64,000 bases of DNA from an uncultured Actinomycetota bacterium (GCA_963708835.1 CAVPUB010000002.1:216512-280511); one strand, 5' to 3'; positions 20,658-31,529 are shown, counted from the stretch's first letter. Notes: a model not told the origin generated them from the sequence alone. Translations and numbers: made by a program.

Positions 20658-21598
20658 GCAGCTCGTAGGCGTCGGGCCGCCGCGTCGTCAGGAACGGGAA
20701 CAGCTCCAGCCAGTCGCGGCGCTGGTCGAGGTCCAGGTCGGCGACCAGGACCGCCGGGCGGTCGCGCGGCGCCTGGACCAGCACGCGGCCGTACGGGTCC
20801 GAGATGAAGCTCGAGCCGTAGAAGGTGAGTGGTTCCTCGACCCCGGTCCGGTTGATGGCGACCATGAAGGTGCCGTTGGCGATCCCGTTGCCAACGATCA
20901 CCTGCTGCCACAACGGCTGGGTGTCGAAATCCGGGTGGTCGGGCTCTGAGCCGATCGCGGTCGGGTAGATGAGGACCTCGGCGCCCTCCAGCGAGTACGC
21001 GCGCGCCAGCTCGGGGAACCACTGATCCCAGCAGGTGGGGGCCCCGAGGCGAGCCTCGGCGTCGCCGGTGGGAAGCGCGATCAGCGGGAAGGCGTCGCCC
21101 CCGGACGGGCCGGGCCGGAAGTAGTGGTCCTCGTAGTAGCCGGCGGTGACCGGTATGTGGAGCTTGCGGGTGCGCGAGACCAGCGTCCCGTCGGGAGCGA
21201 CCACGATCGCCGTGTTGAACCCCAGCCCGTCGGCCTCGTCGGCCCGCTCATACAGCGACGCGTGCACGTGGACGTTCGACTCCGCGGCCGCGCGGCGCGC
21301 GAGGGAGATCGTCGGCCCGGACTCGAGATCCTCGGGCTGGGCGCCCGCGGCCTCAGGGCCGCCGTCGGTGACGGCGAAGTACGGCGAGAGGGTCAGCTCC
21401 TGGAGGCAGACGATCCTCGCCCCCTCGGCGGCCGCCATACCGACGCCGGCGCGCAGGGCCGCCTCGTGCTCCTGCGGATCGGCGTGCCAGCGCTCCTGGA
21501 CGAGGCCGAGGCGCAGCGGCGCGCGCTCGGGCGGACGGGTCCGCGCCGGCGAGGGCGGCGCCGGGAAGGCCGTGATCAGCTCGGGCGTCGCGCTCGGA

Positions 21599-22585
21599 TC
21601 AGCCATTGCGCGTCAACGGTACCTGCTGGGTGATGCAGTGCGGCCCCCCGCCGCCGTAGGCGAGCACCAGCCCCGGGACGGGCACCACCTCACGGTCGGG
21701 GTAGCAGCCGGCGATGATCTCCAGGGCGCCCGCGTCGGTGTCGGCGCCGGCGACCGGCACGATCACCCCGCCGTTGCAGATGTAGAAGTTCAGGTAGCTC
21801 CCCGCGACCGTCTCGCCCGCCACCGTGGCGTAGGGCAGATACGGCAGCTCCTTCACCTGTACCCCTGCCGACACCAGCACGGCGTGGTTTTCTTGACAGT
21901 GGGCATGGTTCGGGTTGTCCTCGGGCACGGCCTGCAGCAGCACCTCGCCGGGCTTGGTGAAGGCGGCGATGAGGTCGACGTGACCGTCGGTGTCGCGGTC
22001 CTCGACCAGCCCCATGCCCAGCCACAGCACGGTGTCCACGCCCAGTCGATCGCGCAGCGTCGCCTCGATCTCCTCGCGCGACATCGACGGGTTGCGGTTG
22101 GGGTTCAGCAGGCACTGCTCGGTGGTGAGCAGCGTCCCCTCGCCGTCGGTGAGGATCGAGCCGCCCTCCAGCACCATCCCGCCCTCGACCACCTGATCGC
22201 CGAGGTGCTCGGCGATCAGCCGCCCGACCGCGGCGTCGCGATCCCACGGCGGGAACTTCTCGCCCCAGGCGTTGAAGCCGAAGTGGACCGCGGTCCGCGA
22301 TGCGCCCTCATCGTCGACGACGTAGATGGGGCCGCAGTCGCGCAGCCAGGAGTCGTCGAGCCCAAGCTCCACGATCTCCACCCGCGCGCTGCACGCCGCC
22401 CGCGCGTCGGCCGCGTCGGCGCCCGCGTTGGCGATCATCGTCACCGGCTCGAAGGCGGCGACGGCGTTGGCCACCGCCGCGTAGTCCGCGCGCGCCTGGT
22501 CCATCGTCTGCCCCCACAGGTCGGCGCGGCACGGCCAGCCCATCAGGGTTCGCTCGTGGGGCTCCCATTCGGCGGGGGTGCGCAT
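21599..22585 (-). CDS. aguA: Agmatine deiminase
   Basis: MRTPAEWEPHERTLMGWP N-terminus and C-terminal GGGGPHCITQQ catalytic Cys motif. Confidence 0.85.
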   Translation of the reverse strand: MRTPAEWEPHERTLMGWPCRADLWGQTMDQARADYAAVANAVAAFEPVTMIANAGADAADARAACSARVEIVELGLDDSWLRDCGPIYVVDDEGASRTAVHFGFNAWGEKFPPWDRDAAVGRLIAEHLGDQVVEGGMVLEGGSILTDGEGTLLTTEQCLLNPNRNPSMSREEIEATLRDRLGVDTVLWLGMGLVEDRDTDGHVDLIAAFTKPGEVLLQAVPEDNPNHAHCQENHAVLVSAGVQVKELPYLPYATVAGETVAGSYLNFYICNGGVIVPVAGADTDAGALEIIAGCYPDREVVPVPGLVLAYGGGGPHCITQQVPLTRNG

Positions 22586-22643
22586 GGGGCGACAGGCTAG
22601 TGGCCGGATGCGTCCGGGAGGGGTTCGAGGGTACCGGGAGCGT

Positions 22644-22678
22644 GGGATATAACCATCACCTGGTAGCGGTTATCTCCC
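22644..22678. promoter_or_regulatory. Imperfect 11-bp inverted repeat GGGATATAACC-N13-GGTTATCTCCC upstream of aguA
   Basis: Read directly; 10/11 complementary. Lies 59-93 nt upstream of the aguA start, in a 209-nt gap. Confidence 0.3.
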
Positions 22679-22794
22679 AAGAACCCCTGCAAACTCCGCA
22701 AATTCCCCTGAGGCCCCCTTCCCAGGCAAGGCCGTTGACCCACGTCACGCGCCCCACAAACACGCGACCCCACAGCCACGACGCCCGCAAGCGC

Positions 22795-25788
22795 CTAGGC
22801 CAGATGCAACCGGTGGGCCACCGCGGCGGCCTGGGTGCGCCCCTGGACCCCCAGCTTGGCCAGGATCCGCGACACGTGCACGCTGGCCGTCTTCTCGGCC
22901 ATGAACAGGGCGGCGCCGATCTGGCGGTTGGTGGCGCCCTCGGCCAGCAGGGCCAGGACCTGGCGCTCGCGCGGGGTCAGCCCGAACGGGTCCGCGTCGT
23001 CAGCATCCGCGCGGCCGTCACCGTTGCCGTTGCCGCTGGTCGCGCCCGCCTCGGCCAGCGCCGGCCCCAGGTCCAGCCGGGCGCGCTCGCCCAGGGTCCG
23101 GATCTCGCGCGTCAGCCACATCGAGCCGAGCTCCTCCGCGGTCGCGAGGGCGACGGCGGCGGCCTCGGCGGCGCCGGCACGGTCGTCGGCGGCGGCGAGC
23201 GCCTCGGCCTCGCGCCACCGCGCGAACGCCACTGGATAGGGGCGCTCGATCTTCTCCCACGCCTGCGCCGCCCGTCCCCACTCGCGCGCCGCCCCACGCC
23301 CGCGGGCCTCGGCCATCTCGGCCTTGCCCTGGGCCAGGCGAGCGCGCTCGACGGGGCCGCCGTCCTGCGCCGCGGCCGTGAGACGATCGACGTGGATCCG
23401 GGCGCGCGCCAGCGCGTCGCGGCGCTCGGCCGGCTCGCGCAGGTCGCTGGCGCGCTGGGCGCGGTCGGCCTCGACGCGCATCCCGACGCAGCTGATCCGG
23501 GCGATCCCCATGACGTCGTCGGTGCACACCTCCAGCCGGTCCAGGGCATCCTGCACGGCGCGCTGCGCCCCGGCGAGGTCGCGCCGCCGGGTGAGCAGCT
23601 CGGCGCGCAGCGCCCCGTAGAGCGCGATCCACTGAGGCTCTGAGGTCACCGCCACCAGGTCCTTGGCAGCCTCGAGGCAGGCCTCGGCGGCGTCCTCGTC
23701 GCCGATGCCGAGCTCCACCTCGGCGCCGGTCAGCTGGCGGAAGACGAACAGGAGCCCGGAGCCGCGGGTGGGCATCGGTGAGAGCGCTTCTTGAGCCACT
23801 CGCCAGTCCCCGGCTTGGAATGCCATCTGCGCGACCGTGAGCGTGATCCAGAGATGGCTGCGCACATGGTGGCTGGGGGTCGCCGCCAACCCGGCCTGGG
23901 CGGTGTCGAGCGCCTCCCGGGTCCGTCCCGCAAGCTCGAGCATGTCGGCGAGATTGGAGTAGGCGGTGCTGAGGCTGTCGAAGTCGTCGCGTCCGCGCGC
24001 GAGGTCGATCGCGCGCTCCAGCGACGCCACTCCCTTGTCGACCTCGCCCAGCGACACATAGGCCATCCCCAGCGTGTTGAGGACCTCGGTCTCGGCGAGG
24101 CGGTCGCCGGCATCGATCGCCACCTGCAGCGCGGCCTCACCCTCGGACGCCGCGTGGCGGAAGCGGCCGCGCAGGTAGCGGGTGCGCGCCAACCAGGCCA
24201 GCAGCCCCGGCCGTTCGCCGCCCGGATCGTCGGTGGAGAGCATGTCCTGTGCGCGCTCGGCGATCTCCAACGCCTCTTCGCCCCGATTCAGCGCCCAGGT
24301 GATCCGCGCCTGCTGGACGAGCAGTCCGGCATAGCGGGCGGGGTTCACGTCGGGGTCGAGCTCGCGCAGGGCCTCGTTGATGAGCACCACGCTGCGCGTG
24401 CGCTCATCCATGATCTGGTGCGCCCGTGCGGCCATCGTGAGTAGGCGCACGTGATCGAGGCCGGCCACCTTCTCGGGGTCGTCCACGCGCGGCCACAGCT
24501 CCAGCGCGCGCTCGCTGAAGTCGGCGGCCTCGCCGTAGGCATAGACCTTGTGGGCGGCGCGGGCGGCGTTGATGGCGCCGACCAACGCGTGGGGCTGGTC
24601 CCCGGCGGCGCCGTAATGGGCGGCGATCTCCGAGGCGCGCTCGAGCTCGCGATCGTCATCGGCGCCGCAGCGCTGCTCGAGCTCGCGCGCCAGCGCGATG
24701 TGCAGCTCACCGCGCTCACCGGGCAACAGGTCGTCGTAGAGCGCCTCGCGCAGCAGCGCGTGGCGGAAGCCGAACTGCCCGTCGGCGCCGGCGACCAGCA
24801 CCTGCTCGGCCACCGACTCGCGCAGGGCGTCCTGGAGCGCGGAGCGGTCAAGGCCGGTGACGGCGGCCAGCATCGACTCGTCGGCGCTGCGCGCGACCGC
24901 GACGGCACGCGCCACGCGCTGAGCGTCCCCCGACAACCGCTCGATGCGCACGAGGAACGCGTCGCGCAGGCTCTGCGGTGCAGCGCCGCGACCGTCGAGC
25001 CCGGCCGCCAACAGCTCCTCGGTGAAGAGCGGATTGCCCTCGCTGCGCGTGAACAGCCGCTCCAGGAGCGAGCCGTCGGGCTCGGCGCCGAGGATGTCGG
25101 CGAGCGCCTCGCGCAGCTCGGCGCGGTCAAACGGCTCCAGCAGAATGCGCCGGCCGCGCTCGAGGCGCTCCAGCTCGGAAAGCAGCGGCCGCAGCGGATG
25201 CCGGCGGTGGAGCTCGTCGGCGCGGTAGGTGAGGATCATGCACACGTGCTCCTGGCGCAGGGTGCGGGCCAGGAACGCCGTGAAGGCGCGGGTCGAGCGG
25301 TCGGCCCAGTGCATGTCCTCCAGGATGAGAATCAGGGGCGCGGTCGTGCTGAGGCAGTCGATCAACTCGAGCACCGCCTCGAACAGCCGCAGCTGATCGT
25401 TGGGGGTCCGGGGCTCGTCGGCGCGAACCGACTCCTCCAGCCCGGGGAGGATCGTGGCCAGCTGCTGGCGGCCGCCGGAGCTGAGGTCCTGCAGTGCGGG
25501 ATGACGCTCGCGCACGAGCGGGCGCAGCGCGCTGAGCAGGTGGGCGTAGGGCAACTCGCCGTCGGCCTGCTCGACCCCATCGCCGCGCAGAATCAAGGGC
25601 GCGTCGTCGCGGCCCGCCGAGAGGCGGTGCTCCAGCTCGCCGACGAGACGCGTCTTGCCGACACCGGAGTCACCGCCGAGCAGGACGAGCGTGGGCCGGC
25701 CGTCGCTGGCCTCCCGGACGGCGAGCTCCAGTTCCGCCAATTCGCCGACTCGACCCACGAAGTGGTTGCTGGTCAACCGGGATGGCAT
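22795..25788 (-). CDS. Large ATP-binding LuxR-family regulator (LAL/MalT-like: AAA-TPR-LuxR HTH)
   Basis: ATG 25788 (MPSRLTSNHFVGRVGELAELE). Walker A GGDSGVGKTRL. Long helical-repeat middle region. C-terminal LTPRERQVLALLAEGATNRQIGAALFMAEKTASVHVSRILAKLG. Confidence 0.85.
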   Translation of the reverse strand: MPSRLTSNHFVGRVGELAELELAVREASDGRPTLVLLGGDSGVGKTRLVGELEHRLSAGRDDAPLILRGDGVEQADGELPYAHLLSALRPLVRERHPALQDLSSGGRQQLATILPGLEESVRADEPRTPNDQLRLFEAVLELIDCLSTTAPLILILEDMHWADRSTRAFTAFLARTLRQEHVCMILTYRADELHRRHPLRPLLSELERLERGRRILLEPFDRAELREALADILGAEPDGSLLERLFTRSEGNPLFTEELLAAGLDGRGAAPQSLRDAFLVRIERLSGDAQRVARAVAVARSADESMLAAVTGLDRSALQDALRESVAEQVLVAGADGQFGFRHALLREALYDDLLPGERGELHIALARELEQRCGADDDRELERASEIAAHYGAAGDQPHALVGAINAARAAHKVYAYGEAADFSERALELWPRVDDPEKVAGLDHVRLLTMAARAHQIMDERTRSVVLINEALRELDPDVNPARYAGLLVQQARITWALNRGEEALEIAERAQDMLSTDDPGGERPGLLAWLARTRYLRGRFRHAASEGEAALQVAIDAGDRLAETEVLNTLGMAYVSLGEVDKGVASLERAIDLARGRDDFDSLSTAYSNLADMLELAGRTREALDTAQAGLAATPSHHVRSHLWITLTVAQMAFQAGDWRVAQEALSPMPTRGSGLLFVFRQLTGAEVELGIGDEDAAEACLEAAKDLVAVTSEPQWIALYGALRAELLTRRRDLAGAQRAVQDALDRLEVCTDDVMGIARISCVGMRVEADRAQRASDLREPAERRDALARARIHVDRLTAAAQDGGPVERARLAQGKAEMAEARGRGAAREWGRAAQAWEKIERPYPVAFARWREAEALAAADDRAGAAEAAAVALATAEELGSMWLTREIRTLGERARLDLGPALAEAGATSGNGNGDGRADADDADPFGLTPRERQVLALLAEGATNRQIGAALFMAEKTASVHVSRILAKLGVQGRTQAAAVAHRLHLA

Positions 25789-26039
25789 GTATGAAGTATC
25801 GCCTGAGCGCGGATACGAGTCGCGAGATACGGCGGCGGTCGCCGCGCGCGCGCTCGAGGGAGCGCTGGAGATCCCTGGTATGGCTCTCGGCGATGATGGC
25901 AGTGAGTTGGGGGTGCATGGCCCTGGCCTTCTAGTCGTTGACACCGTGCGTCTCAGAATGAACTGAGGCGCGACGGCGCACATCGGGAGAACGGAGCGGA
26001 TGCAGAGCCACCACCCCTTACGGCGCGAGTCGGGCCCCC

Positions 26040-26555
26040 TTATCCGCGCCGGCGGCCGCGCGAGAACCGCACCTCGGGCATGAACGCGCGCGCGTTGATC
26101 ACGTCGAGCTCGCGCAGCCTGAGGCGGAGTGGATCGTCATATGAGTCGCCGCCCGGCGTCTCGGTGAGCGTGCGCGTCGCGCGATCGCGAGCGAGCGAGT
26201 CCGCTACCAGCAGCTCCTGCGTCTCCTCGGCGTTGCGGCCGCTCACCGCCGCCCGGTCAGGCGGCAGGTACCACAGCTCGGACTCGTCGTGCTGGCCGCC
26301 GAGCGCCCGGGCCAGTGGGTACTGCGCAGGGTGGTAGAGGACGACCACGCGCAGCCGTCCGGGCAGCCGCAGCCTCCGGGCCTGGCGGATCGGCGCGGCG
26401 TTGCGCAGCCACGAGGGGGCGCGCCGCCGGGACGCCTCCAGCGCGACCACCCGCGGGATCGAGAGCAGGCTGCGCGCGTGGTCCTCACGCTCGAAGCCCT
26501 CGAGGGGACCGGGGAGTAGGAGGATCGCCATCGAGTCCTCGGCGGCGACCGGCAT
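26040..26555 (-). CDS. Hypothetical cytoplasmic protein
   Basis: 171 aa. The ATG forms an ATGA overlap with the upstream lipoprotein stop (26553-26557), which supports the gene being real. No family recognised. Confidence 0.5.
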   Translation of the reverse strand: MPVAAEDSMAILLLPGPLEGFEREDHARSLLSIPRVVALEASRRRAPSWLRNAAPIRQARRLRLPGRLRVVVLYHPAQYPLARALGGQHDESELWYLPPDRAAVSGRNAEETQELLVADSLARDRATRTLTETPGGDSYDDPLRLRLRELDVINARAFMPEVRFSRGRRRG

Positions 26556-27160
26556 CAGGACGGCGGTGCGAGGTTCGGGCCCTTGGGCGCCACCTTCAGG
26601 GCCGCCAGCATCACCGCGTTGGCGAGCGCCACCTCGGCCTTACCGTGGCGCTTGCCGGACACGGTGACGGTGATATAGCTGCCGCCCTTGCTCTGCGTGC
26701 CGTTGGTGGCGAAGAGCATTCGCTGCGCCGGGATCCACGCGGCGTTGATGCCGGCGCTGGTGTCGAGCGCCTGAGGGATCTGTGCCTGCTGATGCTTGGC
26801 ACTGGGGCCGTAGGCCTGGTCCTGATGCACCTGCTCGGTGTCCCACTGCGTCCACGCCTGGGCAGATTGCTGGGCGACCAGGTCCAGGCGCGTGCCCGAG
26901 GCACGCAGGACGCACTCCACGTTGGCGGGGTCGCCATTGGCGATCTTCAGCGACACCGCGCGCCCCAGCGTGGACCGGGCCGCCGCGTGCGCGCCGGCGC
27001 ACACCAGCTGGGCGGCGTTCTTGGGAGTGGCGCTCGATGTAGTCGACGCGCTCGAGCCACCACACCCGGCGACGGCGCCGCAGCAGACCATCGTCACCAG
27101 GGCCGCCCGGACCCGACCGGCGCCCGCGAAGCTAAGCGCTCTGCCCGCCGTCGTCGGCAT
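26555..27160 (-). CDS. Hypothetical lipoprotein
   Basis: Signal/lipobox-like ...LVTMVCCGAVAGCGGSS. Start is uncertain: ATG 27160 overlaps the ABC ATPase gene by 29 nt. Confidence 0.5.
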   Translation of the reverse strand: MPTTAGRALSFAGAGRVRAALVTMVCCGAVAGCGGSSASTTSSATPKNAAQLVCAGAHAAARSTLGRAVSLKIANGDPANVECVLRASGTRLDLVAQQSAQAWTQWDTEQVHQDQAYGPSAKHQQAQIPQALDTSAGINAAWIPAQRMLFATNGTQSKGGSYITVTVSGKRHGKAEVALANAVMLAALKVAPKGPNLAPPS

Positions 27161-28340
27161 CGCGCGCCACCGTGGCACTCTCGGACCCCTCGCTCGCCGC
27201 AGGTGGAGCACTGGGCGCAGGCGCGGCACTCGAGGTGCCGTTGGCCGACGGCATCTCCTCGCCCGCGCTCAGCGGGCTCAGCGGCGACCGCGTGGCCGCG
27301 GCCGCCTCCGCCGCGGTGACGTTGCGGGGGTGGTGGCAGGCCGTCACGTGACCGGCCCCGTACTCGGCCAGCGGGGGCTCGACCGCACGGCACACTTCGG
27401 TGGCGTGGGGGCAGCGCGTGTGGAAGCGACAGCCCGACGGAGGGTTGATCGGGTTGGGCGGCTCGCCCCCCAGGACATTGCGCTCGCGCCGGCTGTTCTC
27501 CTCGGGGTCCGGGATCGGGATGGCCTCGAGGAGCGCCTCGGTATAGGGGTGCATCGGCTTGGTGTAGAGCTCCCTGGCCGGCGAGAGCTCCATCAGCTTC
27601 CCGAGGTACATGACCGCGATCTGGTCCGAGACGTGGCGGACCACCGACAGGTCGTGAGCGATGAACACGTAGGACAGGCCCAGGTCGTCCTGGAGGTCGT
27701 CCAGGAGGTTGACCACCTGCGCCTGGATCGACACGTCGAGCGCCGAGACCGGCTCGTCGAGCACGATCAGCTGCGGGTCCATCGCCAGGGCCCGGGCGAT
27801 GCCGATGCGCTGGCGCTGGCCGCCGGAGAATTCGTGCGGGAACCGGTTGATGTGCTCGGGATTCAGACCGACGCGGCCGAGCAGGTCGCGCACCCGCTCC
27901 TCCACTTTGCGGCCGTCCATCCCGTGCAGGCGCAGGGGCGTGCCGATGATCTGCCCGACCCGCTTGCGCGGGTTCAGCGACGACACCGGGTCCTGAAAGA
28001 CGAGCTGCACCTCGCGCCGCATCGGGTCCAGGGCCTTGCGGTTGAGATGCGTGATGTCCTTGCCGCGGTAGCGAATCGCGCCGGCGGTGGGCTCCAGCAG
28101 GCGGACGAAGCAGCGGGCCAGCGTGCTCTTACCGCAGCCCGACTCGCCGACCACGCCCAGCGTCTCGCCTTCGTTGAGGCCGAGCGACACGTCGTCGACG
28201 GCGTGAACGTGGCCGACGGTGCGGTCGATGAGCACGCCCTGCTTGATCGGGAAGTACAGCTGGACGTGATCGGCCTCCAGCAGTGGGCTCTTGCCGTTGC
28301 TCGTGGCCGCAGGCTCCGTCTTGGCGGTGTCCGTGCTCAC
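27132..28340 (-). CDS. Peptide-type ABC transporter ATP-binding protein (OppF/DppF-like) with low-complexity C-terminal tail
   Basis: GTG 28340 forms a GTGA overlap with the upstream stop. Walker [13 protein letters not shown], signature FSGGQRQR. About 70-aa Ala/Ser/Pro-rich tail. Confidence 0.85.
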   Translation of the reverse strand: MSTDTAKTEPAATSNGKSPLLEADHVQLYFPIKQGVLIDRTVGHVHAVDDVSLGLNEGETLGVVGESGCGKSTLARCFVRLLEPTAGAIRYRGKDITHLNRKALDPMRREVQLVFQDPVSSLNPRKRVGQIIGTPLRLHGMDGRKVEERVRDLLGRVGLNPEHINRFPHEFSGGQRQRIGIARALAMDPQLIVLDEPVSALDVSIQAQVVNLLDDLQDDLGLSYVFIAHDLSVVRHVSDQIAVMYLGKLMELSPARELYTKPMHPYTEALLEAIPIPDPEENSRRERNVLGGEPPNPINPPSGCRFHTRCPHATEVCRAVEPPLAEYGAGHVTACHHPRNVTAAEAAAATRSPLSPLSAGEEMPSANGTSSAAPAPSAPPAASEGSESATVARDADDGGQSA

Positions 28341-29380
28341 GCCACCACCGATCCCGTGCCCAGCCCGATGCGGCCGTCCTCCACCTCGCGGCGCTTGCGC
28401 TTCTCGTCGACGGCGAGCCAGCAGCGATCCAGATGCCCCGGATCGTCGTTCACGTGCGACTCGAGCGGAGGCACCTCCTGGCACTTGTCAAACGCGTGCG
28501 GGCAGCGGGGCCGGAAGTGGCATCCGGAGGGGGCGTTGACCAGCGACGGGGGCTGGCCGGGGATCGCGGGGAGCCGATGCGGGGGCTCGCGATCCATCCG
28601 CGTCACCGAGCCGAGCAGACCCCAGGTGTAGGGATGCTGCGGGTCGTAGAAGATCTCGTTGAGGGTGCCCTGCTCGACCACGCGGCCGGAGTACATGACC
28701 ACGACGCGATCGGCGATGTCGGCCACGACGCCGAGGTCGTGCGTGACGAAGATGACCCCGCTGTCACTTTCCCGGCTGAGCTGGCGGATCTCCTCCAGGA
28801 TCTGGGCCTGGATCGTGACGTCCAGGGCGGTGGTCGGCTCGTCGGCAATGAGGACACTGGGCGACAGCGACAGTGCCATCGCGATCATGGCCCGCTGGCG
28901 CATGCCGCCCGAGAACTCGTGGGGGTAGGCCCGAGCGCGCTCGGCGGCCCGCGGGATCCCGACCCGTTCCATCAGCTGCACCGTGCGGTCCAGCGCGGCG
29001 GCCTTGGAGATCTTCTCGTGGGCGCGAATCTGCTCGACGATCTGGTCGCCGATCCGATGGACCGGGCTCAGGGAGGAGATCGGATCCTGGAAGATCATCG
29101 CGATCTCCTCACCGCGGATGCGCTGGAGGTCGTCCTCGCTGGCGGTGACCAGCTCCTTGCCCTTCAGCCGCGCGGAGCCGGCGAAGCGCGAGTTGGGGCC
29201 GCGGGTCAGCCCCATCAGCGTCATCGCGGTCACGGACTTTCCCGATCCCGATTCACCCACGATGGCCACGACCTCGCCGCGGTCCAGGGTGAACGAGACG
29301 CCGTCGACGGCGCGCACGACGCCGTCCTCGGTGACGAAGGACACCTGCAGCTCGTCCACTTCGAGCAGCTGCTCGGCCAT
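28337..29380 (-). CDS. Peptide-type ABC transporter ATP-binding protein (OppD/DppD-like)
   Basis: Walker A GESGSGKSVTAM, signature FSGGMRQR, and the C-terminal oligopeptide-ABC domain (PPSGCHFRPRCPHAF). Confidence 0.9.
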   Translation of the reverse strand: MAEQLLEVDELQVSFVTEDGVVRAVDGVSFTLDRGEVVAIVGESGSGKSVTAMTLMGLTRGPNSRFAGSARLKGKELVTASEDDLQRIRGEEIAMIFQDPISSLSPVHRIGDQIVEQIRAHEKISKAAALDRTVQLMERVGIPRAAERARAYPHEFSGGMRQRAMIAMALSLSPSVLIADEPTTALDVTIQAQILEEIRQLSRESDSGVIFVTHDLGVVADIADRVVVMYSGRVVEQGTLNEIFYDPQHPYTWGLLGSVTRMDREPPHRLPAIPGQPPSLVNAPSGCHFRPRCPHAFDKCQEVPPLESHVNDDPGHLDRCWLAVDEKRKRREVEDGRIGLGTGSVVA

Positions 29381-29408
29381 CAGCTCTCCCCTCCGTGAGT
29401 GGTCACTG

Positions 29409-30359
29409 TCACCCGGTGAGCCGGACCCGCGGGTCGAGCACGGCGTACAGGACGTCGACGATCGCGCCGAACAGGACGACGAAGAACGCCGTGAAGATCG
29501 CGCCGACGAGGATGGGTGGCACGTCGAGGTTGCCGATCGCGCTGGCCTCGAACTGTCCGATGCCGGGAAGGTTGAACACGGTCTCGGTGACCAGTGCGGC
29601 GCCGCCGAGCAGCAGCGCGAAGTCGAGGCCGAACAGCGTCACGATCGGCATCAGCGAGTTACGCAGGACATAGCGCCTGAACACCCGGCTCTGTGACAGA
29701 CCCTTCGCCCGGGCCGTGCGGACGTAGTCCTGGTTGACGGTGTCGAGCAGATTGGAGCGCAGGACGCGGGAGTAGAACCCGATGCTGAGGACCGCGATCG
29801 AGATCCACGGAAGGATCAGGTGATAGGCCCATTGGGTGGGGCTGTCACCGAAGTGCGTGTACCCCGTGTTGGGGAAGATGGCCCATTTGTAGGCGAACAG
29901 ATACAGCAGCAGCGCGGCTAACAGGAAGATCGGTACCGAGACGCCGATGATCGCCCCCACCATCACCGCGCGATCGGTCAATCGCCCTACCCGGAGCGCG
30001 CTGATGGACCCGAGCAGCAAGGACACGCTCAACCAGATGACCGCGGCGGGCACCACCAGCGAGAGGGTCACCGGGAAGCGCTGTTTGAACTGGTCCACGA
30101 CGTTGAGGTCGTTCTGGTAGTCGATCACCTGGCCGGTGAAGATCAGCCTCATCGTGTTGGCGTACTGGACGTAGAACGGCTTGTCGAGGTCGAACTTCTT
30201 CGCGACCTGGTTGACCGTCGTCTGGTTGGCGTTGCGACCCGCGATGGCCCGCGCCGGGTTGTAGTTGGGGATCAGCTCAAAGAAGCTGAACACCAGAAAG
30301 GACGTGGCCAGCAGGAGCGCAAGCGCCGAGATCCCGCGGCGGACGATGAAGCGGGTCAT
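29409..30359 (-). CDS. ABC transporter permease (DppB/OppB-like)
   Basis: ATG 30359 (MTRFIVRRGISALALLL) forms an ATGA overlap with the upstream permease stop. Multiple TM helices. Confidence 0.85.
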   Translation of the reverse strand: MTRFIVRRGISALALLLATSFLVFSFFELIPNYNPARAIAGRNANQTTVNQVAKKFDLDKPFYVQYANTMRLIFTGQVIDYQNDLNVVDQFKQRFPVTLSLVVPAAVIWLSVSLLLGSISALRVGRLTDRAVMVGAIIGVSVPIFLLAALLLYLFAYKWAIFPNTGYTHFGDSPTQWAYHLILPWISIAVLSIGFYSRVLRSNLLDTVNQDYVRTARAKGLSQSRVFRRYVLRNSLMPIVTLFGLDFALLLGGAALVTETVFNLPGIGQFEASAIGNLDVPPILVGAIFTAFFVVLFGAIVDVLYAVLDPRVRLTG

Positions 30360-31441
30360 CAGGTCTTGATCCGCACCTGGGCGCGGGGGTCGAGCGCATC
30401 CCGCACGCCGTCGCCGACGATGTTGATGCTGAGCACGGTGAGCACCAGCATCGCCCCCGGGATCAGCGAGAAGGTGGGGGTGGTCGAGATGTAGGGGAGG
30501 CCGTCCGAGATCAGCGTGCCCCACGACGCGTTGGGGGCCTGGACGCCGGCCCCCAGAAACGAGAGATAGGCCTCGAGCAGGATCGCGTTGGCCAGCATGA
30601 TCGGCACGAACACCGTGATCGTGGAAGCGGCGTTCGGGAGGATCTCGGAGAACATGATCCGCCACGGCGGGATCCCCAGGACGCGCGCGGCGTCGACGAA
30701 GTCCTGCTCACGCAGGCGTAGCACCTCTCCGCGGATCGGCTTGCCCAGGTAGGGGACATAGATCGCCCCGATGATGATGGTCGGGATGAAGATGGAATTG
30801 CCCTTGATCGGCCCGATCCCGCCAAACGCGAGAGCCGTGCCCACGACGACGCCGAGGATCACCGGCGGGAAGGACCAGACCAGCTCCATGAGCCATCTCA
30901 GGACCGCGTCGACCGGTCCCCGCAGGTAGCCGGACAGGAGCCCCACCAGCGTGCCGAAGACGATGATGATGATCGTGGCCACGCCGCCGATGAGCAGCGA
31001 CGTGCGACCGCCGTAGAGCAGCCGGACGGCGAGGTCGCGGCCGTTGGTGTCGGCTCCGAAGAAGTAGTGGCGGGTGAACGTGGGGCCGATCGGCACGCCG
31101 TCGAGCGAGACGACGTTCTCCGAGTGCCCGCGGACGTTGATCGTGCCGGTCACGTTGTTCGTGTTGGGCCCGATCTGGGCGATGTGGCTCGAATAGAAGG
31201 GCGCGAGCAGGCACATCGCCACCAGCACGATGAACAGGCCGAGGAAGATGAGCGCCGTTGTGTTGCGGCGCAGGCGCTTGCCGGCCAGGCGCCAGGGTCC
31301 GATCGCCGGGGCGTGCTGCCCCTCTGCCCATGGGTCCTTGTCCGGACGCTCACCGGCGAGGATCCCTCCACTCGGAAGCGGGACAACCGCTATGTCCGGG
31401 TCGTCGTCCGCGCCAGATCGGGAAACGGGTTCGTAGACCAT
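30359..31441 (-). CDS. ABC transporter permease (DppC/OppC-like) with N-terminal extension
   Basis: FFGADTNGRDLAVRLLYGGRTSL and TM pattern typical of the OppC family. Confidence 0.85.
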   Translation of the reverse strand: MVYEPVSRSGADDDPDIAVVPLPSGGILAGERPDKDPWAEGQHAPAIGPWRLAGKRLRRNTTALIFLGLFIVLVAMCLLAPFYSSHIAQIGPNTNNVTGTINVRGHSENVVSLDGVPIGPTFTRHYFFGADTNGRDLAVRLLYGGRTSLLIGGVATIIIIVFGTLVGLLSGYLRGPVDAVLRWLMELVWSFPPVILGVVVGTALAFGGIGPIKGNSIFIPTIIIGAIYVPYLGKPIRGEVLRLREQDFVDAARVLGIPPWRIMFSEILPNAASTITVFVPIMLANAILLEAYLSFLGAGVQAPNASWGTLISDGLPYISTTPTFSLIPGAMLVLTVLSINIVGDGVRDALDPRAQVRIKT

Positions 31442-31481
31442 CGAGTCGTGGGGAGCTTACCGCCGGTTGCCGGCGAGCGGG

Positions 31482-31515
31482 CCGGGAGGACGCCCTGAAA
31501 AGCGGCGCCTCCCGG
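31482..31515. other. Intercistronic GC-rich stem-loop between the binding-protein and permease genes
   Basis: CCGGGAGG-A-CGCC / loop ctgaaaagc / GGCG-CCTCCCGG. 12 bp with one bulge, read directly. Confidence 0.5.
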
Positions 31516-31529
31516 CTGATCGCCCGTTG

